A stretch of DNA of 64,000 nucleotides, taken from a virus. Under the pieces are notes generated by a model. It saw nothing but the letters and a program-made list of their open reading frames with translations, had not been told where the DNA came from and did no database searches. A program made the position numbers and the translations under genes. Location of the stretch: the IMG/VR virus record IMGVR_UViG_3300047323_000138, positions 1-64,000 of that record; one strand, written 5' to 3'. Shown piece by piece: positions 49,401 to 58,600 of this stretch. How positions within the stretch are numbered: the first letter of the stretch is position 1; each line of letters starts with the position of its first letter.

Positions 49401-49607
49401 GTGAATCTTAAACCAGAAGACTTAGAAATCACCACATACCCACCCTATAAAACTGGAGGACAACATGTAGGACTTACACATAGTGGTGTTCTTATTGTGC
49501 ATAAACCTACAGGATTGGGTGTTGTGTCTATTAGTGAGAGAAGTCAGTATAGGAACAAAGATAGGGCTTTAGTTATGTTGGAAATATTGGTTGAGTTGGA
49601 GCTATGA
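49401..49607 (+). CDS. Minimal class-I release-factor GGQ domain protein
   Basis: DLEITTY..GGQHV...SGVLIVHKPTG..V....ERSQYRNK..AL..L matches the RF-1 peptidyl-tRNA hydrolase domain. Confidence 0.85.
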   Translation: MNLKPEDLEITTYPPYKTGGQHVGLTHSGVLIVHKPTGLGVVSISERSQYRNKDRALVMLEILVELEL

Positions 49608-49907
49608 AAGGTCTATTCATACTAGCGTGCTGTTGTCTTTTCGCATATTGTATAGCTGAGAGTTTAGACCAAGCTAGAAAAGAATGTGATAAGAAGCAAG
49701 GGTATGAATTTATTAAACCCATTGGTAGAAACCAACCTTGGCAGTGTATACGGGAGGGTAGGTAATGTACGATAGACAACCACAAAGCTATGCTGAGATG
49801 TTTCAAATGGCAATGCAAGAGTTAAAGAAACAAACAGACTTGTACTTTGAATTTAAGAAGAAAGAGTTTGATGCGTATGTGGATAGGAAGTTAGAGGAGG
49901 TGAAACA

Positions 49908-50468
49908 ATGAAATACTATAGTGGAATAGGGAGCAGACAAACACCAAAAGATATCCTAAAGCTTATGGAAGACATTGCATTCAAGCTTGCACAGAAAGGC
50001 TATATCTTACGGTCAGGCGCAGCAGGTGGTGCAGATACTGCATTTGAGACTGGTGCTAAATATTACGCTGAACAGATTGATGAACGTGTAACACTTGCTC
50101 AGTTGTATATTCCTTGGGCTAGCTTTGTTAGCTATGATGAATACTATAAAGATTGGTATAAGGTGTTGGACAGAATGACCAAGAAAGAGGAAGCTTATCA
50201 ATTAGCCTCTGAGACACACCCAGCTTGGGATAAGTGTTCTAAGGGAGCTAAAGCTCTACATGCACGTAATACGTTTCAGATACTAGGACCAAACCTTAAC
50301 AATCCAAGTAGCTTTCTTATCTGTTGGGCTAAGGTAGATAAACATGGGCAACTGAAAGGTGGTACCAGGACAGCTTGGGAGTTGGCTAAGGCTCATGGTG
50401 TTCCTTGTTTTAATTTGTACAATGAAGAAGATAAACAACGATTGATTAAATTTGTGGAGAGTGAATGA
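49908..50468 (+). CDS. SLOG (DprA/Smf-like) superfamily protein
   Basis: YSGIGSRQTP, LRSGAAGGAD.AFE.GA, ARN, GGT..A motifs. Confidence 0.8.
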   Translation: MKYYSGIGSRQTPKDILKLMEDIAFKLAQKGYILRSGAAGGADTAFETGAKYYAEQIDERVTLAQLYIPWASFVSYDEYYKDWYKVLDRMTKKEEAYQLASETHPAWDKCSKGAKALHARNTFQILGPNLNNPSSFLICWAKVDKHGQLKGGTRTAWELAKAHGVPCFNLYNEEDKQRLIKFVESE

Positions 50469-50698
50469 TGGAAAAGTATAAACTGACTTACGAGATTACT
50501 GAGTACGGCGGAAGTATTCAACTGCTGAGTGTTGAACCTAAATCTAATTATGTAGAGCAATGCTTCTATGAAGGAGAGATTCTACAGCAGGTGTACTTGG
50601 ATGATGACGGTGTGTATGAACTAACTGTGGTTCACGTCTTTGAAGAGGACTACGATCACTTCGGTATTGTTAATCTAGAGAAGGTGTATGGACGTTAA
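50465..50698 (+). CDS. Hypothetical acidic protein
   Basis: Coupled ORF. Confidence 0.6.
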   Translation: MMEKYKLTYEITEYGGSIQLLSVEPKSNYVEQCFYEGEILQQVYLDDDGVYELTVVHVFEEDYDHFGIVNLEKVYGR

Positions 50699-51242
50699 GG
50701 AACAAGCTGTAGCCCTGCGAAAGCAGGGATTAACGTATGCCCAAATATCAAGCTCCTTAAACGGGGCTTTGTCTGTTGATTGGTGTAAGAGAAATCTGAA
50801 GGGTGTAAAAGCTGTAGATAAATACACACTACTTTACGAACAATCCCTTATACTTTCTAAAAGACAAGAGGGTGTAACAGATAAAGAGCTTAAGGATATT
50901 GCATTCAAGGTATTAGGGACAGTTGAGAAAGGAGATATATCCAGATTGAAAGCCAAGATTAAACGGAAGAAAAATGATGACCAAAACTCGGTACTTGTTC
51001 GACCTGCATGGATGTCGCCCACCACTCCAGCAAAGAGCTTAGTTATGATGAACGAACTATCTCATGAGTTATATGAAAATATCCAGCACCTAGTGGACAT
51101 GTACATTGAGCAATACCCAGACACGGATAGAAAGAAGGCTTTAGAAGAGATGGTGTACCTATCCAATGGATGGGCATTAAAAGAGAGTCTGGAACGTCGT
51201 ATGGAAAGGAACTACAGGACAGTAGAACGTATAGAGAAGTAG
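50688..51242 (+). CDS. HTH DNA-binding protein
   Basis: AVALRKQGLTYAQIS...SVDWCKRNL N-terminal HTH. Confidence 0.7.
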   Translation: MDVKEQAVALRKQGLTYAQISSSLNGALSVDWCKRNLKGVKAVDKYTLLYEQSLILSKRQEGVTDKELKDIAFKVLGTVEKGDISRLKAKIKRKKNDDQNSVLVRPAWMSPTTPAKSLVMMNELSHELYENIQHLVDMYIEQYPDTDRKKALEEMVYLSNGWALKESLERRMERNYRTVERIEK

Positions 51243-51244
51243 CC

Positions 51245-51471
51245 TGCACTTTCTTTACTCCTATACAACACAAGAGTGCACGACCTGATTACACTGGTCT
51301 TTAGGTGCACTTTATCCGCACCTTTTGTCTACGCACTTTACTGAAAGCCTTGTAAATTAAGGGCTGTAGGTGAGTGCACTTCTTTTACTATAATATTAAT
51401 ACTCTCACAGTAGTGCACCTTACTAAATAAAATCACATGGGAAATATCCCAACCCCTCCAGAAGGCACTTA
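51245..51471 (+). repeat. Eight GCAC-core short repeats, most followed by YTT
   Basis: tgcacttt, gtgcacga, gtgcacttt, cgcacctt, cgcacttt, gtgcactt, gtgcacctt, ggcactta. Confidence 0.6.
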
Positions 51472-51752
51472 GCTTGTATCAGTAAGTGTCTATTTCTTTG
51501 TCTAGAAAATATGGCAGTTGGTCTGTAAGCCTTTATTTATAAGGATCTTCTAGTTTCCTATAATTACCAGAGTTCTAGTTGTAGCGTTTAACAGCTTACT
51601 ACCCCGTCACCTATATGTCAACCATAATATCAAAATATCTGAAGAATTCATTAATCGGCCTGCCCTGATAGAGACAATGAATAAAATGCAATCCATGTAC
51701 CAACCCCTCCATCGATAGCTATAACTCATCATCTACCGTTCCATAACGTAAC

Positions 51753-51780
51753 ACTACGCAGAACATAGCTTATGTTAAAT
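51753..51780 (+). other. dif-like XerCD recombination site
   Basis: ACTACGCAGAA-catagc-TTATGTTAAAT: exact XerD arm, 6-bp spacer, XerC-like arm. Confidence 0.7.
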
Positions 51781-52139
51781 GCTACTGAATAGACTCATCC
51801 TATCAACATACTGAGCGACTACCACACCTGTAGCTACCTTGTCAAGAACATCTATTAGCCTACATGTATAGGGCTGGATAGTGTGTTGGTGAGGTAATGT
51901 CAAGGGTTTATTGGGAAGTTTATAGTGTAAAGGAATCGTTACGGTGTGTTAACGCGCTCAGGAGGGCGCTATGCTTAACTTGATACGTAGTATCGACTAT
52001 GCTTATGAAAGACTAAATAGTGACTAATACATCTATTTCAGTCACATTGTAGACTAGAGAGAATAAAGCTTAGGAGGAGTTTAGAAGGTTATAGGAGGGT
52101 GGTATTTGAAAGGATACATGTTGATACTCATAAACAACT

Positions 52140-52160
52140 AAGGCCCCGTGAGGGGCCTTG
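52140..52160. terminator. GC-rich hairpin at the end of the minus-strand early block
   Basis: aaggcccc-gtga-ggggcctt. Confidence 0.65.
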
Positions 52161-52178
52161 TAGACTTTCCTGCTTGAA

Positions 52179-52484
52179 TTACTTAGCTACAAGTAACTCT
52201 TTAGGAATGTATGCAACACCATCACATACATAAACTTGATCAAAGAACTTAGTTTCAGAGTAGCCGTAGGTGCGAACAATCTTAAAGCCTTCCACTTTAG
52301 CTGCAAAGTGCCATTTAGCAAAACCTTCCTCCTGCTGAATTGCAAACTCATCAGCCACTACATACTCAGTCTTCACGCGTTTCTGTGCAGGAGCCACTTT
52401 CTTGATGCAAGTGTAGCCATAAGGCTTGCCATTGAAGAACTGTGGGCAGGTAACTTCAGAACCACAGCAAGTGCAAGTAATCAT
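52179..52484 (-). CDS. Zinc-finger hypothetical protein; likely start MITCTCCG
   Basis: GGGAG RBS; CTCC...YGYTC. Confidence 0.65.
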   Translation of the reverse strand: MITCTCCGSEVTCPQFFNGKPYGYTCIKKVAPAQKRVKTEYVVADEFAIQQEEGFAKWHFAAKVEGFKIVRTYGYSETKFFDQVYVCDGVAYIPKELLVAK

Positions 52485-53284
52485 GGCTAAATCTCCCGAA
52501 GAGGGTGGATCTGGATGACCCTGTCTCCCTTTCATGTTTAAATTGTAGCACAGCTAATGGTTATGTACAGGAGAATTTGAAAGAAAATAAAGATATTTTT
52601 ATTATAGACAGGTGGCGCTCATCCCTACCATTCATTGAAGACGCATATCCACCACAATTACAATAATTCTTATAGCTTGTGATACCTTTTGTAGACAACC
52701 AGAGTAGATAAGTCATTTCTCTATTCCTATGTTTTCTGATTCGGTAGGCACCTTATATAGATTTGTCTACCCTGTAAAGCTTTTTATTCAATTTCTTTCA
52801 AAGCTTCTCAAACCTAACAGCCGTATGCTCCAAATAATCATCTGTCATACATAGGAATGATTTGTACATGGAAGCTCTGAATGAATGGCCTCACTAGAAT
52901 TGTTTCAAGATAGAACGGATGTTAGACACATCATCAATCAGACTGTGCAGCTTCTCGATAGCTTCCCGCTCAGAGTATGAATGTATGAGTATCCACAAGT
53001 GTCCTTTGCAGTATGAGGTGTCATAATTGATGATGTACATGTTATCACCCTTTTAGAAGTAGTTATTAGTGGACGATTGTTTGCAGGCCTTTAGCATAAT
53101 CAGAGGCTGGATAGCCTTCCACTTCGTCTTTCCATGTTTTGTGATATATTGGTGCTGGTTTTGATGAGCTATCTTGAAATAAGACTTTGTAGAGGACTAC
53201 TAGTGAGATGATCATGACAATTTCCTTCTTGTATGTTTTGTTTCAGTAAGATAATTATAGCTTATCTCAGAGAGCAGTCAACCT

Positions 53285-56222
53285 TTATTTCACTTCAGGA
53301 ATACAATTAATTTCCCAGGCCACCACTTCGCCAGCCATATGCTCTGCCTTGAAACTTGTCATGTACTGCCGATAGGCTTCCTCTACAGGCATAGACATAA
53401 TGAATTTACGTTCTTCTTGCATACGTTCGATGCAGTCAGAGTGTGTTAGGGAAGAGGCTTTGCCTCCGTCAACAATGTACTCTTCACAAGTGATGACAGA
53501 GCAGAACGAGATAGCTAGTAGGAGGGACATGATTGTGATTCCTGTGTTTGTCTGAGAGAATCTCTTTCCTCTCTTCTTGTGTTCTATTGTACAGCTTCTG
53601 GTGTGGTGTGCAAGGGATCCTTTCATAAAGTTTAATTTATTTTTTAAACAAAAGAAAGCCCCATAATTGGGGCTGTCCGCTAGTTAACCTTTAGAAACTT
53701 CTTCGTGAAACCTCTCAGGTACTTTTGCAACCTTAACACCGTAAGCGTCTTCAAAGTGACTGGGAAGCTCTCCGTCTTCAAGATAGGCCCAAGATCTGCC
53801 TTTGTCATCGTCTCGCACTAAGACAATACGAGATGTCATACCCTCTTCACAAGGGATTTCATTAATAGCTTTGGCTTTAGCAAAGCTGTCTGTATGGTTG
53901 TGATTCTGGATGTCCTCATGCTCATCCACTTCCTCTACATCCCACTCATAGTATACAGTCATTTTGTGTCTCTCCTTTGGAAGCTGTTTTGCTTCCTTCT
54001 GGTTTTAATTCTAATGACCTTCACACCACACGTCAACAAGTATTTCAAACATTATTCATTGAAAGATTCTATCAGGTAAGCTTGTCTCATCACTCCAAAT
54101 AATCATAAATCACCGTAACATCTTCAGGCTTGTATTTAGCCATCACACCCTCTTCACTCAAACTCCCTTCCACAATGTCATAAGCCTGCACCTTCGCATT
54201 AAACACATATAGCTTCTTTGACTTCCTGTCGTATTTGTATAGGAGGATTGTGTCAGAGCTTGGATAGCTGTCGGATTTAAGCCAGATTGTATTGTCTTCG
54301 ATGTATGTGCAAACTAGCTTTAGAGGGCCAAGTGTGTAGACAGCATCTGTTTTGAATTGGATAGTCATGATTGTTTATACTCATTAGAAAATCGTCTATT
54401 CCAACGCTCAACTAGTTCAAAAGCTTTATCTCTAGATTGAATGAATCGTAAAGGTTTGTCTACTTCATCTGTGTATTCCATAGCACTAATCTCTTTATCA
54501 GAGTAGCACAGGCTAATGGCGTAGCCTTTACGCACAGCATGACCTTCAATAAAGAGTTTCATACTTTGCACACCTCTTTTTCTTTAGACATCTTGACAAG
54601 GTTTGTTTCTTTGTGTTCATGAGAGTAAAGGTAAACTTCAATAAATTTAGCTGTCTCTTTACCAAAACCTTCAACTGTACTGAGCAAGCCGAAGTTAAAC
54701 ATCAGGACATCACCTTTCACAAGCTCTTTAACCTTAACTGTGTCCACTTGACCTACGTTCTGGATGCTGATCATGATGTCTGTCCCTATGGTTTGCTTGG
54801 GTGTGGGGTAATTATAATCTACCCTCAAGCTCTCGTAAACACATATTTTCAATTATTTACGGATAATCCACGTAAATAATCTTCCTAGATTTCTTCTTGT
54901 TTAGTTTGACAACAGACTCAGCTCTGTATTCAGCTTGCCTGATGATCCATTGATCAATGTGACGTTGTGCTTCTTTGATTGTGTCAAAATCAGCTAAGGT
55001 TTCAAGGTCTAGGTGCATGTCTTGCCACCACCAAAAGAAGCCACAATAATACTGACACTGATAAGACACACTGTTGCAGTCTGTTGTAATCTTGATTCTT
55101 GTTTTGTTCATTATCATTCACCACTCCAATTCCGCTTCATATCCCTACTCATCCTCCAACCTCGCTTAACACAGATATGCTTATTGTGTCGTTCGCTGTG
55201 TTCGTCTAAGGGTGTGTCTAGAGAGTGTTTGCTAGGACGTTTACGTTCGTATTTTTGGAATGTTTCTGTTGTGTAGGTGTTCATTTGGTTTGTGTCCGTT
55301 TAAGGTTATGAAAAGATTCATTGTAACCAAACTCAATCAGACGTTTTTCTAACTCTCCAATGTACTCTAGTAAGGAATCTTCAGAACGCTTCCACACATC
55401 AGGATTCCCGCCTACATCCCAAACTAATTCTGCCACCAGATTCATTGCATGTTCGCTAATCATTTGTAGCTACTCCAATACCACCCCATTCAGAATTCAT
55501 ATGGTGCAAGATCTTACCTTTTGCTGTCAAGATATAAAACTCTTCGGCGTCCCAATCGATGTTATCGGTTTTCCATTGCTTGCTGTAGCTTTCTTCGTGG
55601 CGGTACACTGCTACATACTCAGTCTCAAGCGTGTTATTCAAGCTTCTGCATGCCCGATTGTCCTTCTTGAATACGCCGTTGTATTTAGTGCGAAACTCTA
55701 ATACGCCTTGAGGTTCTTTCAAGAAATCTTCATAGCTAATCATTTCCTTCTCCTTAGCTCATTGTGTGGACAGCATTAACAATTACGTTCCAGACCTTCC
55801 CTTCACTGCGATATAATTTGAAGCTCTGGTGGCCTTGTGAGATTAGGTCTTCGATGGTTGATAGGGCTGCGTTGAGGGTATCATACTGAGTGTGTTGAGT
55901 GCTCATTGTTGGTTTCTCCATCCGGGACCATGTCCGATAGTATCATGTATTGAAATTGCCAACATTAAATAACAGATAGATAGAAGAACTACCATAACTC
56001 TTTACCTCCTCATGCATCCCTGTCATCCTCAGATGGTGCTTTCGGCATCTGCATCCAATGAGTGTAGAATTTAACCTGATCAAGACGTTGCAAGGATGTC
56101 CACTGAATAGCTGTCCAGATGTTATCACCGTAAGCTAGTACTTGTCCACGTTCGTCTGCATCAGCTTTGTACGGCTGAATGTCAGAGGTTTTGAAGTAGT
56201 ACATTTGTTTGTGCTCGATCAT
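53285..56222 (-). other. Early small hypothetical ORFs (53285, 53684, 54090, 54365, 54559, 54857, 55281, 55456; 56010 is DUF551-like)
   Basis: RBS plus promoters; THWMQMPKAP motif in 56010..56222. Confidence 0.65.
53650..53674 (-). terminator. Intrinsic terminator
   Basis: agcccca-atta-tggggct then ttctttt. Confidence 0.75.
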
Positions 56223-56385
56223 TTTAAAGCCTCAAGGTTGATAAATAATTACAGTGGTTTCTGGGTCAATCTTATAAGTTACTCCACCGCAACCCGGTTT
56301 ACAGCCACCACGAACTCTTACAAACACCGCACCATTTTGTTCAAATTGGAATGGAGTTCCAATTTTAATAGATTTAAATTTCATC

Positions 56386-57129
56386 TCACACCGCCTTCAA
56401 TTCATTCCAGTAGGATCTTGCTTTGTGTGACCAGTGTAATGCTGTCTTGATCAAGGTGCAAGCTATTTTTAAAGGTTTCTTGAAAGAATTATTCGAAGAC
56501 AATTCATCGATAAATTCCACACCGCAATCTTCGTATTCCTCTGAAGCATATCCGTCATTAGGCTGAGGGCTAAAGCCGCTGGATGGGGTGTATTCTGCCT
56601 GCACAAGTGCAGAATCTTCGTCTGTTTCTGATGACTTTGGCTTAACAGATGCAGCACGTTTGTACAAGACCTCTTGACGTTGGATCTTCGTGACAATGAT
56701 ATCCCTCAAAAGGCTGTACTCAGAGATATTCATCTCACCAGCACGATAGCTAGTTTCGAGTTCAAACATCTGGTCACGTAATACAGACAGGCGTTTAAGC
56801 TGAGGTAAGATCTTATCTTTAATGCTGACTTTAGAGATTGGTTTACGAACCACAACAGGATCACCATAAGCAGCCAAGTTTGCCTTACCTGATGGCAATA
56901 CATGGGCAAGACTAACAGTCTCATTGACAGCATGCAGTTCTTCAGGGACATCATAGCTATCAGTCAGTTGCTTTCTCATATGCCAATAATCAGCACCAGA
57001 AAGGTCACGGGTTTGCATGGTGATAGGGTTCTTCCATTGCTTGCCATTACGAGACAGGCAAGACCAGTCATCGTAATCGCCTAGAGTGGATGATTCACCG
57101 TAGCCTGACCTTCCTTTACCTTTCCACAT
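56386..57129 (-). CDS. Early hypothetical protein (247 aa)
   Basis: GAGGT RBS; own promoter. Confidence 0.7.
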   Translation of the reverse strand: MWKGKGRSGYGESSTLGDYDDWSCLSRNGKQWKNPITMQTRDLSGADYWHMRKQLTDSYDVPEELHAVNETVSLAHVLPSGKANLAAYGDPVVVRKPISKVSIKDKILPQLKRLSVLRDQMFELETSYRAGEMNISEYSLLRDIIVTKIQRQEVLYKRAASVKPKSSETDEDSALVQAEYTPSSGFSPQPNDGYASEEYEDCGVEFIDELSSNNSFKKPLKIACTLIKTALHWSHKARSYWNELKAV

Positions 57130-57181
57130 GTTACACCTCTAAAGCTTTGTTTGTTTCTGATAAGACTAATTCTATAGGTAT

Positions 57182-57204
57182 AAAGAAGCCCCGTCAAGCG
57201 GGGC
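57182..57204 (-). terminator. Terminator whose loop/stem contains the -35 box of the next promoter
   Basis: gccccg-cttga-cggggc then ttcttt. Confidence 0.7.
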
Positions 57205-57832
57205 GTAGTGTTTATTTCAAAGTTTATTTATCGTTCCATCCCTTCCATTTACCTACTCGGGCAAGTTCCTCAAGTGCGGCTGTCTGCCGTTCCTGAAGCT
57301 GTCTATCTTACCGCTTCTTAGTGTTACCAGCACTTACTGCGCAGATGATCCACAGCAAGGCAAATGGTGGGAAGATGATTGTTAGAATCAGGAACACCAC
57401 ATGACTTAGGCCGCTCATGACAACACCTCATATTTAAAGTAAACATTCCAAGCATCAGGACCACTAGCCCGGAACATATGAACACCGGTTTCAGTCTTCT
57501 GATAAATTTCACCGTGAGCATTGAGCGAGAAGTCATACACTCCCCCGGCTTTGAAAGCTACACGGGCATCTTTGGTCATTACGACATCACGGATACATTT
57601 GAGTTTCATGTTACACCTCTTTCGAGTAGATGGAACGGACCACGTATCGAACTGCTCCGTACTGCAAATCTTTCTTGTTAGCAAAGGCACGAGCAGTGCT
57701 ACCTTTACCTTCGCCGTACGACTTGACAACAGCTTTGGTTTGGTTGTCGATTACGTCGTAGCCGATTACTGTGTTCATGTCGTTCTCCGTGATTCGTTTG
57801 TTTTGCTTCAGTAAGGTAATAATAGGCTCCTT

Positions 57833-58528
57833 TCAGAGTTCTGTCAACAGGTATTTCCAAGAAAGTCTTCGTTCGGGATAGTAGAACAACTCAGCAGATT
57901 TCCTAGCACACGCAGCGTCCAAAATGTTGTTGTAAGCTCCGAGTTGAATCTCTTTACCCATGAATGTGATACGAGCAACCCAAGGATTGTAGATGTTCCT
58001 CACACTATACTTTACTCCAGATACGCCCGTCTTGTTTCTAGAGCTAATCCTTTTATTGAACCCTTGGATTGATAGTGTAGCCCACAGGCAATTGTCTGGT
58101 GAATAGTCACCATTAACATCAACCCTGTCTAGAGACATACCCTCTGGTGGATGCCCCATATCCTCAATAAAGTTTTGCAGACCTTCGATATCTGGCCCTT
58201 TCCACCTATCACAGATACTGATCCCCCGACCACCGTAGTATGGATACGCTGCATCCTCTATATTATTACATCGTTGGTGCATACTGTTCCATCTCCAGTA
58301 CATCGTAGTTGCTGAAAGTCCGTGCTCTGGTAAGCTACCACGAGTGCAACCACATCCAGCTTTAAGATTATCTTTTATACATTTCCTCAGCCGCTTGGTA
58401 GTGTGGACACATTCGTTACCACAAGCACAAATACAATTCCACCATCTGTAATCTCCTTTTTGGTGAGAGAAGGATATCACTTTTAGTCCGTTTACTTCTA
58501 CTCCAACCATGTCTATCGCTACTGGCAC
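57833..58528 (-). CDS. Free-standing HNH-AP2 homing endonuclease; likely GTG start MPVAIDM
   Basis: WNCICACG, GCGC, YGGRGI, SLDRVDVNGDYSPDNCLWAT, NKTGVSGV motifs. Confidence 0.88.
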   Translation of the reverse strand: MPVAIDMVGVEVNGLKVISFSHQKGDYRWWNCICACGNECVHTTKRLRKCIKDNLKAGCGCTRGSLPEHGLSATTMYWRWNSMHQRCNNIEDAAYPYYGGRGISICDRWKGPDIEGLQNFIEDMGHPPEGMSLDRVDVNGDYSPDNCLWATLSIQGFNKRISSRNKTGVSGVKYSVRNIYNPWVARITFMGKEIQLGAYNNILDAACARKSAELFYYPERRLSWKYLLTEL

Positions 58529-58547
58529 TTTACTTTCCTCATAGATT

Positions 58548-58570
58548 AAACCCCGCACGAGACGGGGTTA
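58548..58570 (-). terminator. Hairpin terminator upstream of HNH gene
   Basis: aaccccg-tctcgtg-cggggtt. Confidence 0.55.
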
Positions 58571-58600
58571 TTTTGTAGACTGAAAATCAGTCAGTTAGTT

